The position numbers and the translations under genes are program-made. The notes under the pieces were generated by a model, which saw only the letters and a program-made list of their open reading frames with translations, was not told the origin of the DNA and did no database searches. This document shows, piece after piece, positions 1-11,857 of a stretch of DNA of 64,000 nucleotides (positions are counted from its first letter, which is position 1; each line of letters starts with the position of its first letter). The DNA is from Candidatus Shapirobacteria bacterium (GTDB lineage: Bacteria > Patescibacteriota > Microgenomatia > UBA12405), in contig JBAZYN010000001.1 in assembly GCA_041659325.1 (NCBI GenBank), positions 494,819 through 558,818 on the forward strand. Reading direction: 5' to 3'.

Positions 1-1
1 T

Positions 2-637
2 TCCGGCAATACTGTTTTCAATGCTCTTGACGGAGTTTCGGTCTGTATCCGTCAGGGAGAATTTGTTTCCATCACCGGACCTTCAGGATCCGGCAAATCG
101 ACTCTCATGCATATAATCGGCCTTCTTGACAACCCCACCACCGGCCAAGTCCTGCTCGAGGGGCAAGATATCTCTCACTTAAACGAAGAAGAGCTAGCCA
201 AAACCCGTAATATTACCCTTGGCTTTGTCTTTCAGCAATTCAATCTTTTACCAAAAACTTCTTCCCTGGAAAACACCACCTTGCCGCTTTTGTATTCTGA
301 CATCCCCAGATCCAAACACAGACAAATGGGGATAAACTTGCTGACAAAAGTCGGCCTGGCAGACAAGATAATCAACACTCCCGCCCAATTATCCGGTGGT
401 CAACAACAGCGGGTCGCCATCGCCCGGGCTCTGATCAACAACCCCAAAATAATTCTTGCCGATGAACCAACCGGCAATCTCGACTCAAAATCAGGTCTGG
501 AAATTATGTCCCTTTTCCGCCAACTCCACCATGAGGGCAATACCATTGTCCTGGTTACTCATGATATGGAATTGGCTCAACAAGCCCAAAGAATTATTAT
601 TATCAAAGACGGCAAAGTCACCGGCAAATCATGCTAA
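2..637 (+). CDS. ABC transporter ATP-binding protein, MacB/LolD family (5' end outside the window)
   Basis: The frame is open from base 2 and includes Walker [10 protein letters not shown] upstream of the listed Met. Also LSGGQQQR signature, [11 protein letters not shown] and the H-loop VTHD. Confidence 0.95.
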   Translation, partial: SGNTVFNALDGVSVCIRQGEFVSITGPSGSGKSTLMHIIGLLDNPTTGQVLLEGQDISHLNEEELAKTRNITLGFVFQQFNLLPKTSSLENTTLPLLYSDIPRSKHRQMGINLLTKVGLADKIINTPAQLSGGQQQRVAIARALINNPKIILADEPTGNLDSKSGLEIMSLFRQLHHEGNTIVLVTHDMELAQQAQRIIIIKDGKVTGKSC

Positions 638-1848
638 AACCCTCCATCAACGATCTTATCAAAAGCAGTATCCGCAGTATTTTAAAAAATAAAAGCCGGA
701 CCGTACTAACTTCCCTGGGAGTCATTATCGGCGTTACCTCCGTCATCATGCTAACCTCAATCGGCAATGGTCTAAAAATTTTTGTCAATCAACAGTTTGA
801 GGCCTTAGGAAGTAATACGATATTTGTCAGCCCGGGTAAAATTTTTAACGACGAAGGTGGCTTCAGCAACAACCGCAGCGGTCTCATCACCAACTCTTTT
901 ACCCAAAAAAATATCACCGATCTCAAACGCGGCCTTAAAACCAACATGGTCATGCCCCTCAAAACATCTTCTGTGGAAGCCAAATCAAATACCATAAAAA
1001 AAACTGTCACCATTATCGGCACCAATTACTTATATGGTCCCAACAACAATTCTTCACCATCTACCGGCAACGGCCGTTGGTTCACCAAAGAGGAAGAAGA
1101 CAAAAATAGCACTGTCGCCATTTTAGGCGCCGTCATCGCCAAAGATCTTTTCCCCAATAGCTCCGCCTTGGGGAAAAAAATTGTTCTGGGCAGTAAAAAT
1201 ATAAAAATTATCGGCGTCAACGACAATAAAGGCAGCAGTTTTGGCGGTCCGAGTGTTGACGAGTACGTTTTTCTTCCTTTTGGGATTGTCGCCGACCTAA
1301 CCGGTGATGAAAACATCCAGCAAATCATAATAAAAGCCCCAACCAAAGATCAAATAGATTCTACCAAAGAAAAAACCACCGACATTCTTTTAAAACATTT
1401 CGACAAAGATGCTTTTTCCGTCTTTGATTCTGCCCAACTTTTAAGCTCCATTAACTCCATCATCAGCACTCTGACCATTGCCCTCACCGGCATTGCCGCC
1501 ATCTCTCTGATAGTCGGTGGAATAGGCATCATGAATATAATGCTAGTTACCGTTTCCGAAAGAACCCGCGAAATTGGCCTTCGAAAAGCTATCGGTGCTT
1601 ATCCTCGTGCCATCCTGCTTCAGTTCCTTTTTGAGGCCATTATCCTATCCGGAATTGGCGGCATTGTTGGAATTATTCTTGGTTCTCTTGGAACCTTAGG
1701 CATCAACAGCTTCTTTCCGGCCAGAGTCACTCTTTCCTCAGTCGCCCTGGCTTTTGGTGTTTCCTTTATGGTTGGAATTATTTTTGGTGTTGCCCCGGCC
1801 CGCAAAGCCAGCCGGCTATCTCCGATCGAAGCCCTACGATACGAATAA
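631..1848 (+). CDS. ABC transporter permease, MacB/FtsX family
   Basis: N-terminal TM (LTSLGVIIGV), extracytoplasmic domain, and C-terminal GGIGIMNIMLVTVSERTREIGLRKAIGA ... PARKASRLSPIEALRYE. Confidence 0.95.
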   Translation: MLKPSINDLIKSSIRSILKNKSRTVLTSLGVIIGVTSVIMLTSIGNGLKIFVNQQFEALGSNTIFVSPGKIFNDEGGFSNNRSGLITNSFTQKNITDLKRGLKTNMVMPLKTSSVEAKSNTIKKTVTIIGTNYLYGPNNNSSPSTGNGRWFTKEEEDKNSTVAILGAVIAKDLFPNSSALGKKIVLGSKNIKIIGVNDNKGSSFGGPSVDEYVFLPFGIVADLTGDENIQQIIIKAPTKDQIDSTKEKTTDILLKHFDKDAFSVFDSAQLLSSINSIISTLTIALTGIAAISLIVGGIGIMNIMLVTVSERTREIGLRKAIGAYPRAILLQFLFEAIILSGIGGIVGIILGSLGTLGINSFFPARVTLSSVALAFGVSFMVGIIFGVAPARKASRLSPIEALRYE

Positions 1849-1872
1849 TCCCGTCTTTGCTATTATTAAAGG

Positions 1873-2436
1873 GTGAGACAAGAACTTAGGCATCATTTAT
1901 TACCACTCCTCGGGATTTTTATCCTGGTTTCCATCGTCTGGATAATATACAAAGTTTCCCCTATAAACTTCGTTGCACTATTCTTTGGCTTAGCTATTGG
2001 CGCCTTTGCCCTAGACACCGATCATTTCATCTATTGGTTTTTTCTCTACCCCAATCTGGACGAAAGTCAGCAGGCGAAAATATTTTTAACCAACAAAAAA
2101 TATAAAAAATTATTAAAATTGCTAGAAAATACTCACAAAAACCATACCAGTCTCGTCTTTCATCATTATTTTTTCCAGGCTATTCTTCTGCTTATTACCT
2201 TTTTTGTCTTTACCTCCACCACCAGTGTCTTTCCCAAAGCTATTTTGTTGGCTCTCAACATTCACCTTCTGGTCGACGAAATAGTTGACTTTAGAGTCGA
2301 CAAAAAGCATCTCCAGGATTGGCTTTTTGCCCGCGAAGAAAAACAACTTGCCCTCAACTCCCTAACATATTACATCGGCACTTTTGTCCTGGTAAATGTC
2401 GTATACCTTTTTATCCTGATAAATTCAAAATTATGA
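1873..2436 (+). CDS. Integral membrane protein, possibly metal-dependent hydrolase-like
   Basis: About 5 hydrophobic segments with LDTDH, FHH and HLLVDE motifs. TG-C-TATTAT lies just upstream of the GTG start. Confidence 0.7.
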   Translation: MRQELRHHLLPLLGIFILVSIVWIIYKVSPINFVALFFGLAIGAFALDTDHFIYWFFLYPNLDESQQAKIFLTNKKYKKLLKLLENTHKNHTSLVFHHYFFQAILLLITFFVFTSTTSVFPKAILLALNIHLLVDEIVDFRVDKKHLQDWLFAREEKQLALNSLTYYIGTFVLVNVVYLFILINSKL

Positions 2437-2939
2437 GTCTGTTAACCGACCTAGTTTTTTTCGAAGCAAAAAACTTCCTGCCAAAAGAACAAATAATGCT
2501 TTTAGACGACACCCAATACGTTCTAAAAATATTGCCAAAAAACCACATTAACGATTATTCTTTCCTCGTTTCTTCCATCTCAAAAGCCTACGAGGGGTAT
2601 CTGAAAAACTTCTTCTTCAATATCGGTATTATCAGTGAGGAAGAACACGCCAGCGACCGTTTCCGTGTCGGTAAAACGCTCAACCCATCACTTCGGTACA
2701 AACGCTTCTCCGTTTTCCAAAAATTGTCAGATCTCGATTCCACCGGCGAAGAGCTAGCCGAGACCCTCTGGGATGCCTGGAAATTCGGTCGTAATGAAAT
2801 ATTTCACTATTTCCCGGGAAAAATAAAGTATCTCAACCGTGAAGAAGCCGAAGACAGAATCTATTTGTTACTAAACGCCATTATCAAATCGGGCAAATTC
2901 CTAAAAGCCAACAAGCATTATTGCGACATTGTCCAATAG
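2433..2939 (+). CDS. RNase LS/RnlA-like HEPN-domain protein
   Basis: ATGA overlap with the upstream gene. DYSFLV..KAYEGYLK segment plus the HEPN R-x4-H motif RNEIFH. Confidence 0.6.
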   Translation: MSLLTDLVFFEAKNFLPKEQIMLLDDTQYVLKILPKNHINDYSFLVSSISKAYEGYLKNFFFNIGIISEEEHASDRFRVGKTLNPSLRYKRFSVFQKLSDLDSTGEELAETLWDAWKFGRNEIFHYFPGKIKYLNREEAEDRIYLLLNAIIKSGKFLKANKHYCDIVQ

Positions 2940-3004
2940 CCTCTCGTGTTAAAATCAAAAAGACAATTGACATTACAAATTTTTCCGTTAAGATTATTCC
3001 TATT

Positions 3005-3202
3005 ATGAAAAAAATTATCGTCAACCAGGACAAATGCATCGGCTGCAATACCTGCCCATTAATAGATCCCGAGGTATTCGCCCTTGATCAACAAACTTAC
3101 AAAGCCATCGTCATAAAACAGCCAGAAACTATCGATGAAAAAGTAGACTCCGCTGTCGCTTCCTGTCCGGTAGGCGCCATTACAATTGAAGAGCAGTTAT
3201 AA
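3005..3202 (+). CDS. Single-cluster ferredoxin
   Basis: CIGCNTC...CPVGAI motif; 65 aa from the ATG at 3005. Confidence 0.9.
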   Translation: MKKIIVNQDKCIGCNTCPLIDPEVFALDQQTYKAIVIKQPETIDEKVDSAVASCPVGAITIEEQL

Positions 3203-3246
3203 ATTAAATTTCTCCGTTTTTAACGAAAATTATATATTTTAAAATT

Positions 3247-4236
3247 ATGCCCGAAACCAATAGCAACAAAAATAAATACGTCAAAGTCCCCACCGCCGGT
3301 GTTATCTTTTTCTCCCTTCTACTGGCCGGAGCTTCTTTTTACTCAGGAATTTCCTGGGCAAAGTCAAAAGGAGCCACTCCCGATACTACCACCAAAACTA
3401 CTAGCGACAATGTCTTTGCTGTCGACAAAACCGACCGCCCCGAATTAAAATTCTTTGTCATGAGTTTCTGCCCCTATGGCAATCAAATAGAAGACATCCT
3501 TCGGCCCGTGGCTGATCTTCTCGGAGACAAGGCCGACATCCGACCTCAATATATCTTTGGCAAGGTTGCAAATCTGGGCGACTACTGCAAACAAAGATCA
3601 GGCGATCCCTCGCAATGTTCAAGTTACGTTACTAGCGGCTACTTCAAAACCGAAGCCGAGTGCAAAACTACCATCGCCGCCAATGCAAAAACTTGTCTCG
3701 ACGAGAAAAACTATATCAAAGCCAGTGACGGAACCTTCTATGACTCCCTGCATGGCCGGATAGAGGCCAATCAGGATATCCGCGAAATTTGCGCCTGGAA
3801 TCAGACCCAAGACAAAAAACTCTGGTGGAATTTTGTCGACAATGTCAACAAAAGCTGTACCTCCGAAAACGCCGATACCTGTTGGGAAGAACAGGCCAAA
3901 AAAGCCGGATTTGATACCAGCAAAATCACTGAGTGCTTCAACAAAGAGGCCATCAGCCTAATAGAAAAAGAAGTTGCCGAAACCACCAAATACCAGGTCA
4001 GCGGCTCTCCCACCGTTCTCGTAAACGGCTCTCTCTTCCCGCCCGAAGCCGCCTACGCCCAAGACGGCAATGGCACCCTAAAAATCGGTGACAAGGTGGC
4101 CGAGCAGGCAAAATATCGTACTCCAAATGTTATCAAGCAGGCAGTCTGTTCCGCCTTCAAAAAAGAACCAAAAGAATGCGATACCGTCCTCAATGAACTG
4201 AGCGGTCAGGCCCCCGCCGCCGGTGGTTGCAACTAA
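3247..4236 (+). CDS. Membrane-anchored thioredoxin-fold (DsbA/GILT-like) Cys-rich protein
   Basis: N-terminal TM, FFVMSFCPYG, SLHG..E...D.REIC, and cis-Pro loop GSPTVLVNG. Confidence 0.7.
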   Translation: MPETNSNKNKYVKVPTAGVIFFSLLLAGASFYSGISWAKSKGATPDTTTKTTSDNVFAVDKTDRPELKFFVMSFCPYGNQIEDILRPVADLLGDKADIRPQYIFGKVANLGDYCKQRSGDPSQCSSYVTSGYFKTEAECKTTIAANAKTCLDEKNYIKASDGTFYDSLHGRIEANQDIREICAWNQTQDKKLWWNFVDNVNKSCTSENADTCWEEQAKKAGFDTSKITECFNKEAISLIEKEVAETTKYQVSGSPTVLVNGSLFPPEAAYAQDGNGTLKIGDKVAEQAKYRTPNVIKQAVCSAFKKEPKECDTVLNELSGQAPAAGGCN

Positions 4237-4242
4237 AAATCA

Positions 4243-4413
4243 CGTCATTGCGCCTGTCCTTTTACCCGCCGAGGCGGACCTATGGCGGAAAGAGTGGAAC
4301 AAGGTGTCAACCTTACGCCCGTCATTGCGAGGAGCAGTTGTTTAGGCGACGTGGCAATCTTCACGGCAAGAAATATAAAATCGCCACATTCACTTCGTTT
4401 ATTCGCGATAACG
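4243..4413. repeat. REP/MITE-like element, family A (CGTCATTGCG...GTGGCAATCT...CGCAATGACG), two adjacent degenerate copies
   Basis: CGTCATTGCG at 4243 and 4320. The same termini recur at 16324, 45969, 49920, 53894 and 57290. Confidence 0.8.
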
Positions 4414-4420
4414 TTCAGTA

Positions 4421-4528
4421 TCCCTCCTTTTTTTATCAAAGGAGGGATTAAGGGTAGATTTTAACTAAACAATTTCCCCTCTTTATCCCTGTCCGCCTAT
4501 GGCGGAAAAGAGGGGTTAGGGGAGATTT
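4421..4528 (+). repeat. Hairpin repeat family B (CCCTCCTT-loop-AAGGAGGG + AGGG.AGATTT), two copies
   Basis: Copies at 4421-4461 and 4475-4528; related copies at 36558-36590 and 57335-57373. Confidence 0.7.
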
Positions 4529-4570
4529 AACCCCCTAGCTCATCGAAGGGGTTTTTTGGTAAAATATCTT

Positions 4571-4864
4571 ATGGAGTTCCTTTTTATACGGAGAGGGTAT
4601 AAAGCTATTTGCTCCGAACACAAGAACGAATTTCCAAGACAAAACAGCCAATTCGGCATCAGGTTACCCCTCATTCCCTTGCGACCACGTAAGAATGATT
4701 TATGCCTTTGCGAACACGAAATGTGTAAAATCCGAGGGTGGGATGGGTGTACGGGTCGCGGCGTCTTCACTGAAATTTATCATGGTCAAACAAATCCAGT
4801 CGGAGTTATTGTTCCGGAGATCCCGACTGCAAAGGCACCAAGATTGGGACGCAGAGCTATTTGA
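4571..4864 (+). CDS. Hypothetical Cys/His-containing small protein
   Basis: TGGTAAAAT -10 box lies 5 nt before the ATG at 4571, and the stop overlaps the next gene's TTG. No recognisable family. Confidence 0.45.
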   Translation: MEFLFIRRGYKAICSEHKNEFPRQNSQFGIRLPLIPLRPRKNDLCLCEHEMCKIRGWDGCTGRGVFTEIYHGQTNPVGVIVPEIPTAKAPRLGRRAI

Positions 4865-4869
4865 AAACA

Positions 4870-5406
4870 ATGCCAACCAAACTAAATTCTCATCAGCTTC
4901 GTAAAAGTAGGGTAGGGGAGTCAAAAAAAAATCAATCCCTTATCAAACGCAACCCGATTGTCTTGGTCCTCGACAACGTTCTTGATACCTACAATATCGG
5001 TTCTTTTTTTCGGCTTGCCGATGCCATTGGCGCGCAAAAATTATGCCTTTGTGGACCGGTCGTCACTCCGCCAAACATCAAAATTCACCGTAGCTCAATT
5101 GGCACCTGGAAATGGGTTCCCTGGCAGCATTACACTTCCACCCGGGAATGCCTTGAAGAACTTAAAAAAAATGGTTATCAAATTATTGTGTGTGAACAAC
5201 ATCCCAAAAGCGTCAACTATCAACAAGCTAATTATAAATTTCCCGTCGCCATCATTGCCGGTAGTGAATCAACCGGCGTCTCAAAAGAAGCTATTACCGC
5301 CGCCGATATGATTGTCGAAATTCCAATGTACGGAATCAACATTTCCCTAAACGTTTTGGTGGCTACCTCCGTCGTCTGTTTTCACTCCCTTTCTGTCCTA
5401 AAATAA
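4870..5406 (+). CDS. SpoU/TrmH-family RNA methyltransferase
   Basis: VLDNVLDTYNIGSFFRLAD, GSESTGVS, IPMYGINISLNV. Confidence 0.92.
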   Translation: MPTKLNSHQLRKSRVGESKKNQSLIKRNPIVLVLDNVLDTYNIGSFFRLADAIGAQKLCLCGPVVTPPNIKIHRSSIGTWKWVPWQHYTSTRECLEELKKNGYQIIVCEQHPKSVNYQQANYKFPVAIIAGSESTGVSKEAITAADMIVEIPMYGINISLNVLVATSVVCFHSLSVLK

Positions 5407-5529
5407 GGGCTAATTTTGACGATATTTTTGGCTTTTTTTATAAATTTATATTGCCTATCTTAGGGCTTTATTTGCTTATTGTAAAGCTATTTTAATTTGT
5501 TAGAATGGAACTGTACGCAATAATTATCT

Positions 5530-7473
5530 ATGGCAGACACAAACAACCAATACACCGGAAAACAAATTGTCGTCCTCGAGGGGCTTGAGCCCGTCCGCAA
5601 GCGCCCGGCTATGTATATCGGTTCCACCGACGTCACCGGGCTTCATCACTGCATCACCGAAATCATCGACAATTCCATCGACGAAGCCCTGGCTGGGTTT
5701 GCCAAAAACATCTGGGTAATAATCCATCCCGACAATTCAGCTACTATCGCCGACGATGGCCGCGGTATCCCCATCGATATCATGCCCAAATACAACAAAC
5801 CGGCCCTGGAAGTCATCATGACCACTCTTCACTCCGGCGGCAAGTTCGAAGGTGCCGCCTACAAAGTTTCCGGCGGTCTCCATGGTGTCGGCGCCGCCTG
5901 CGTTAATGCTCTTTCCACACTCTACCGGGTTGAAGTCCGGCGTGATGGCAAAATTCATGCTATGGAATTTGCCCGGGGCAAAGTCAAAACCAAGCTTTCC
6001 GAAATCACCGAAACCAATGTCGCCAAGTTAAAAGAATTAATCCCTCAAAACATTTCCGGCACCACTACCACCTTCTTTCCCGACAAAGAAATTTTTAAAG
6101 ACACCCTCGAGTTTGACAACAAAACCATTATCAAATCCCTCAAAGACCGTGCTTATCTGACATCAAAAATTTATTTTCATTATTTTGACGAAAGAAACAA
6201 CACCGAACACAACTATTATTTTGAGGGCGGAATTGTCTCACTGCTACGCGAGACCAACAAAAATAAGGTCGTTGTCCACGAGCCTATTTATCTTCACAAA
6301 GCCGAAAATGATGTCGATGTTGAAGTCGCCATTCAATACAACGATACTTTCCAAGAAAATACCCCGTCATTTGTCAACATTATAAACACCCACGAGGGCG
6401 GCGCCCATCTTTCCGGGTTCAAAACCGCCCTCACCAAAGTCATCAAGGACTATGCCGCCAAAAAAGAACTGTTAAAGGGCAAAGATGACATCATTACTGG
6501 CGACGATGTCCGCGAGGGCTTAACCGCCGTTATTTCCATCAAAATGCCCAGCAAGGATCTTCAGTTCGAAGGTCAAACCAAAGGCAAATTGGGCAACAGT
6601 GAAGTCACCCCGATTGTTACCAAAATCGTCCGCGAAGAATTGGAAATGTATTTCGAAGAGCATCCCGATGTCGCCAAAGCCATCGTCGGCAAATCAATCC
6701 TGGCCATTCAAATCCGCAAAGCCGCCAAGGCCGCCAAAGATGCAATTATGCGCAAAGGGGCTTTTGATTCTCTCGGACTTCCCGGCAAACTGGCCGATTG
6801 CCAATCCCGTAAGCCCGAAGAATGTGAAATTTTTGTCGTCGAAGGAGACTCCGCCGGTGGCAGCGCCAAGCAGGGGAGAGACCGCAAGTTTCAGGCCATT
6901 CTTCCGCTTTGGGGAAAAGCCATCAACACCGAAGGTATGCGCATCGACAAAATTGTTGGTTCCGAAAAACTCAAAGATCTAATAATTGCCCTCGGCATGG
7001 GAATAGGGGAGAGCCTAAATCCCGAAAAGCTCCGTTATCACCGCATAATTCTAATGTCCGATGCCGACGTCGACGGCGCCCACATCTCAACCCTTCTTTT
7101 GACTTTTCTCTATCGCCACATGCCATATACCATCGAACACGGTCACGTCTACCTATCCATGCCACCGCTGTACCGCATCAAAACCGGAAAGGTCACAAAA
7201 TATGTCTATACCGACGAAGAAAAAGAATCCTATCTCAAAACTCTCCCCGACATCAAAGGCATAGATATCCAGCGCTTCAAAGGTTTGGGGGAAATGAACC
7301 CTCAACAGCTTTGGGACACCACCATGAACCCCGAAACCAGAATGCTGAAAAAAATAAACATCGAAGATGCTGAAAAAACCGACGAAATTTTTAGAATCTT
7401 AATGAGCGAAGATGTCCCACCCCGCAAAAAATTTATTACTTCTCATGCCCATCTGGCTACCCTTGATTTATAA
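5530..7473 (+). CDS. gyrB: DNA gyrase subunit B
   Basis: [55 protein letters not shown]. Confidence 0.98.
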   Translation: MADTNNQYTGKQIVVLEGLEPVRKRPAMYIGSTDVTGLHHCITEIIDNSIDEALAGFAKNIWVIIHPDNSATIADDGRGIPIDIMPKYNKPALEVIMTTLHSGGKFEGAAYKVSGGLHGVGAACVNALSTLYRVEVRRDGKIHAMEFARGKVKTKLSEITETNVAKLKELIPQNISGTTTTFFPDKEIFKDTLEFDNKTIIKSLKDRAYLTSKIYFHYFDERNNTEHNYYFEGGIVSLLRETNKNKVVVHEPIYLHKAENDVDVEVAIQYNDTFQENTPSFVNIINTHEGGAHLSGFKTALTKVIKDYAAKKELLKGKDDIITGDDVREGLTAVISIKMPSKDLQFEGQTKGKLGNSEVTPIVTKIVREELEMYFEEHPDVAKAIVGKSILAIQIRKAAKAAKDAIMRKGAFDSLGLPGKLADCQSRKPEECEIFVVEGDSAGGSAKQGRDRKFQAILPLWGKAINTEGMRIDKIVGSEKLKDLIIALGMGIGESLNPEKLRYHRIILMSDADVDGAHISTLLLTFLYRHMPYTIEHGHVYLSMPPLYRIKTGKVTKYVYTDEEKESYLKTLPDIKGIDIQRFKGLGEMNPQQLWDTTMNPETRMLKKINIEDAEKTDEIFRILMSEDVPPRKKFITSHAHLATLDL

Positions 7474-7475
7474 AA

Positions 7476-10160
7476 ATGGCAAACGATATAAAAACACTAC
7501 CGACCGCTCCCCAAAATCCTATCGGTAAAATTCTCAATGTCAACATAGTTCCCGAAATGGAAAAATCGTATCTCGATTACGCCATGAGCGTTATCGTTCA
7601 GCGGGCTCTGCCCGATGTCAGAGACGGGCTAAAACCTGTTCACCGGCGCATCATCTATGCCATGGACAAAATGGGTTTATCCGCAAGCGGAAGGAACGTC
7701 AAATCAGCTGCTGTTGTCGGCGACGTCCTAAAATCCTATCACCCCCACGGCGACATGTCTGTTTATATGGCCCTGGTCCGTATGGCCCAGGATTTTTCTC
7801 TTCGCTACCCACTGGTCAAAGGCCAGGGGAATTTTGGTTCCATCGACGGGGATCCACCCGCTGCCATGAGGTACACCGAAGTCAGAATGTCCCGTCTCAC
7901 CCCGGAAATGGTCGCTGATATCGGAAAAGAAACCATTGAAATGATGGACAACTACGACGGCTCCACCAAAGAGCCCACTGTTCTTCCTTCCCGTATTCCC
8001 AATCTCCTTTTAAATGGCGCCGATGGTATCGCCGTTGGTATGGCCACCAGAATCCCACCCCACAACCTCAAAGAAATTTGTCAGGCCATCAGTCATATTC
8101 TGGACCACTGTCATCTCGAAAAAATTGAAACCCCCCTGGAAATTTCCCACATCAAGCCCAAAACAACTGAGGAGTTAGTTTTACAGCCGGTTTATCATCT
8201 TACCAACCAGCATTTTAATCTGGAAACTGCCGCCACAGTAGAGGAGTTGACTAAATATGTTCAAGGCCCGGATTTCCCCACCTCCGGAGAAATATACGGT
8301 AAAACCGGAATTATCGAAATGTACACTTCCGGTCGTGGTAAATTCGCTATCCGTGGGAAAACCGCCATCGAAGAAACAAAATCCGGAAAAATCAGAATCA
8401 TCATCACCGAGCTACCATATCAGGTAAACAAAGCCGAATTCGTAAAAAAGATAGCCGACCTGGTTCGCGACAAAAAAATTGTTGGCATCTCTGATCTCCG
8501 CGACGAATCCGACCGGCATGGTATCAGGGTGGTGGTCGAAATCAAAAAAAACGGTAAACCAAAATCGGTGCTCAACAAGCTTTTCAAGTACACTCCCCTC
8601 CAAAGCTCTTATTCCGCCAATATGTTGGCTCTGGTCGACGGCGTTCCCCAAACCCTAAATCTTCGTCAGTTTTTGCTTCTTTTCCTCCGCCATCGTGAAT
8701 CAATAGTCCGCGCCAGAACAATTTTCGATCTAAAAGGTAATTATATGAGGGCTCATATTCTGGAAGGTCTCAAAAAAGCCCTGGATATCATAGATGAGGT
8801 TATAAAAACCATCAGAGCCTCCAAGAGTACCGACGATGCCCGGGACAATCTTATTTCAAAATTTTCCTTTACCGATCTTCAGGCCAATGCTATTTTGGAA
8901 ATGCAGCTTCGCCGTCTTGCCGCTCTCGAACGGCAAAAGCTCGACGAAGAATACGACTCCATCAAAAAGCTAATAGACGAATTAACCTCTATCCTTACGG
9001 TAGAAGCAAAAATGGTTTCCGTTTTAAAAACCGAAAACGACGAAATCAGCCAAAAATATGGCGACACCAGAAAAACAAAAATTTATGTCCGGGGCTTAGA
9101 TGATTTCAGCGAGGAAGATCTGATTCCAAACGAGCCTACCATCGTCACCCTCACCAAAACCGGATATGTCAAAAGGGTTCCAAAAGACACCTACAAAACC
9201 CAACACCGCGGCGGCGTCGGTATCGTCGGCATGTCCACCAAGGCCGAGGATGAAATAGAAAACGTCATGTCCGTCGAAACTCACGACGACCTTTTATTCT
9301 TTACCAACAAAGGCCGTGTCTTTAGAATCAAAGTTTGGGATATCCCCGAAGCCAACCGTCAATCCAAAGGTCAGGCTCTGATTAATCTTATCAATACCGT
9401 TCAGGGCGAAACTGTCCAAACCGCTCTCCCACTTAGCAAAGACGAAAAAAACAAATTCATTCTTCTGGCCACCAAAAAGGGTATCGTTAAAAAAACTTCC
9501 TTAGAAAAATTCAAAAACATCCGCCAAAATGGTCTAGCCGCCATCAAGCTCGATCTAAACGATGAGCTGATTTGGGCCAAAACTACCACCGGTGGCTGTC
9601 AGGTTTTTCTCGTCACTCACGACGGCAAATGCATCCGCTTTGACGAAAAAGACACCCGTCCCATGGGCCGGCAAACCAGAGGAGTCAGGGGAATTCTTCT
9701 AAAAGAAAACGACTACCTGGTCAGCATCGGCATCATTCCCAGTACCATCACCAAGGTCGGCCAGGTCAACGGCTTCAGACATCTTTTGGTTGTCACCGAA
9801 AACGGCGTCGGCAAACGCAGCAATGTTTACCTTTATCCTCTCCAAAAACGCGGCGGAGTCGGTGTCAAAGTCGCCGCTCTCACCCCCAAAACCGGTAAAA
9901 TCGCCGCCGCCCAGGTGGTTTCCGAAATCCACAACCAGGTAATTTTGGTCTCAAAAAAGGCCATAACTATCAAGCTCCCGTTAAAAAATATTCCCACTCT
10001 AAACCGAAACACCAAGGGCGTCATCCTGATGAGGTTCAAATCAGCCGACGACAAACTTAATGCCATGACTGTTCTAGAAATTAACGACACCGACAAGGAA
10101 AATCCAGCCTCGGATAGGGCAGGGGAGTCAGCCAAGAAATCAGCAGACAAAGTGGTCTAG
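7476..10160 (+). CDS. gyrA: DNA gyrase subunit A
   Basis: [16 protein letters not shown], catalytic AAMRYTE, GyrA-box QHRGGVG and beta-pinwheel CTD. Confidence 0.98.
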   Translation: MANDIKTLPTAPQNPIGKILNVNIVPEMEKSYLDYAMSVIVQRALPDVRDGLKPVHRRIIYAMDKMGLSASGRNVKSAAVVGDVLKSYHPHGDMSVYMALVRMAQDFSLRYPLVKGQGNFGSIDGDPPAAMRYTEVRMSRLTPEMVADIGKETIEMMDNYDGSTKEPTVLPSRIPNLLLNGADGIAVGMATRIPPHNLKEICQAISHILDHCHLEKIETPLEISHIKPKTTEELVLQPVYHLTNQHFNLETAATVEELTKYVQGPDFPTSGEIYGKTGIIEMYTSGRGKFAIRGKTAIEETKSGKIRIIITELPYQVNKAEFVKKIADLVRDKKIVGISDLRDESDRHGIRVVVEIKKNGKPKSVLNKLFKYTPLQSSYSANMLALVDGVPQTLNLRQFLLLFLRHRESIVRARTIFDLKGNYMRAHILEGLKKALDIIDEVIKTIRASKSTDDARDNLISKFSFTDLQANAILEMQLRRLAALERQKLDEEYDSIKKLIDELTSILTVEAKMVSVLKTENDEISQKYGDTRKTKIYVRGLDDFSEEDLIPNEPTIVTLTKTGYVKRVPKDTYKTQHRGGVGIVGMSTKAEDEIENVMSVETHDDLLFFTNKGRVFRIKVWDIPEANRQSKGQALINLINTVQGETVQTALPLSKDEKNKFILLATKKGIVKKTSLEKFKNIRQNGLAAIKLDLNDELIWAKTTTGGCQVFLVTHDGKCIRFDEKDTRPMGRQTRGVRGILLKENDYLVSIGIIPSTITKVGQVNGFRHLLVVTENGVGKRSNVYLYPLQKRGGVGVKVAALTPKTGKIAAAQVVSEIHNQVILVSKKAITIKLPLKNIPTLNRNTKGVILMRFKSADDKLNAMTVLEINDTDKENPASDRAGESAKKSADKVV

Positions 10161-10242
10161 TGATAACAGGATGCCAAAGTGTACTTTTGGCCAAAGATTG
10201 GGACATTTTGCTCACTTTACTATACACACTGGATACTAAAGA

Positions 10243-11181
10243 CTATTTCCGATTTCCGCTATGATATTTCTCGTGTACTTCCCTCAATCTTGCATCTGTT
10301 ACGTGAGTATAAATTTGAGTAGTGGCAATGTTTTTGTGGCCAAGCAATTCCTGAACCGACCGAAGATCAGCCCCGCTTCTTAGAAGATCAGTCGCCATCG
10401 AGTGCCGTAAAGTGTGGGGGGTGGCACCAACCGGTATCTTTGCCTGACGCGTAAATCTTTTTACCATATACTGAATCGCCCTCGAAGACAGCCTGGCTTT
10501 TTCTTCACTGGCCGTAATGTCCTTTCTTTTCTTCAAATTTACAAATAGCGGCCTAAACTTATCGGTCCTGCTTCTCAAATATCTCTCTAAAATCACCTTG
10601 GCCGATTGGGAAATAAAAACCAGTCTGGATCTTCCACCCTTGCCGATTATCCCAAATTCCCTGGTCTTCAAATCAATCTGATCTCGATTCAAAGCCACCA
10701 ATTCCGATACCCGCAATCCGGCCGAAAACAGCAATTCCAAAATCGCCCTGTCCCGCAACCCGGCGGGCGTAGACAACAAAGGTTGGTTAAATAGTCTGGC
10801 TATCTGCTCTCCATTCAAAAACTTCAAAGAGTGTTCGCTGTTTTTTGGGACGTCAATTTTTTCCGGCTGCATCGATTTCAAGTCATTTTTAATTGCCCAC
10901 TTCAAAAAAGCCCGCAAAACTATCACATAATATCCTTGGGTCACACTTTTCAGGTCTCCGTTTAAGCCCGGTTGTCTTGCCAAAAATAATCGAAATTTTC
11001 TTACGCTTTCAGAATTAATATCCGACAGAGTTGGGTATTCAATTTTTAGCTCCTCCCTAAAAAAGGCCTCCAGTTTCCCCAGGTAATGTTTATATTTCAC
11101 CACTGTCAGTCGCGAGCAATTTCTTTCAATTTCCAAATGTTCAATAAATCTCGTAAATAGCGTGATTAAATCATCATTCAT
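10243..11181 (-). CDS. XerC/XerD-family tyrosine recombinase
   Basis: GLRVSEL, IGKG, HTLRH, LLGH and TTQIYTHV catalytic residues. Confidence 0.95.
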   Translation of the reverse strand: MNDDLITLFTRFIEHLEIERNCSRLTVVKYKHYLGKLEAFFREELKIEYPTLSDINSESVRKFRLFLARQPGLNGDLKSVTQGYYVIVLRAFLKWAIKNDLKSMQPEKIDVPKNSEHSLKFLNGEQIARLFNQPLLSTPAGLRDRAILELLFSAGLRVSELVALNRDQIDLKTREFGIIGKGGRSRLVFISQSAKVILERYLRSRTDKFRPLFVNLKKRKDITASEEKARLSSRAIQYMVKRFTRQAKIPVGATPHTLRHSMATDLLRSGADLRSVQELLGHKNIATTQIYTHVTDARLREVHEKYHSGNRK

Positions 11182-11720
11182 GACCTATCTTATCATAGCC
11201 AAGGGCATAAAAATCGATTCTAGGGCCTCTGGTGAGGCTATATATAACTTTTCCCTATTCTTAGGCCTTTTCCTACCGGTCCTCCCGATTTTTACCCTGA
11301 GGGGAGTCAATGTCCAATTTTATGCCTGACAAACCGGTTCGACCGACTGGGGCAACCGATAGGCGAAACGGGGTTATCTATTAACATTCAGTTGTCGCCA
11401 CATAACATTATCTGAATAAATAATTCGTAATTCGTAATTGTTAATTATTAATTAAGTGACTCCTCCCCTCCACTTCCACTTCAGAGTACTTCGTGAAAGA
11501 TACATTCTACGAAGTTACAAATATGCCACCTACCCGCCGGGGTAGAATAAACAAATGTTTTACTCACTTCCCCATAATTTACTCTAATCATTTATTAATT
11601 CGAAATTGATAATTCTTAATTGGTTCAACCCTTCCCCTGGGCTACACCTGCCCCTCTCGTGATACATTGGCGTTTTGTAAGTTTTCCACACAGACTATAT
11701 CACTCTATATCACGGTAATT

Positions 11721-11780
11721 GTGAAAACTATAGGACATTATGTGAAAATTATAGGATATTATAGGACTATATATTATAGG
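11721..11780 (+). repeat. 21-bp imperfect tandem repeat (GTGAAAAyTATAGGAyATTAT x2, plus partial copies)
   Basis: gtgaaaactataggacattat gtgaaaattataggatattat aggactatatattatagg. Also ctatatcac x2 at about 11695-11713. Confidence 0.65.
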
Positions 11781-11822
11781 TCTAGCACTTCCCTCCTCCC
11801 CTGCCAACCCCCTCACAAAAAA

Positions 11823-11857
11823 ATTACCGATTACTGATTACAAATTACTAATTACAA
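11823..11857 (+). repeat. 7-bp tandem array (ATTACnn x5)
   Basis: attaccg attactg attacaa attacta attacaa. Confidence 0.85.

Noticed and set aside
10243-11181. Tyrosine recombinase as a prophage or integron integrase
   Set aside because: Xer-like size and motifs, no IntI insertion, housekeeping flanks, and no phage genes or attC array.
11325-11375. Possible riboswitch upstream of xer
   Set aside because: It lacks the conserved c-di-GMP, TPP, SAM or FMN cores that I can recognise.
11782-11807. CIRCE-like CTAGCACTT...CCCTGCCAA
   Set aside because: The spacer is 8 rather than 9 nt, the right arm is poor, and no heat-shock gene is adjacent.
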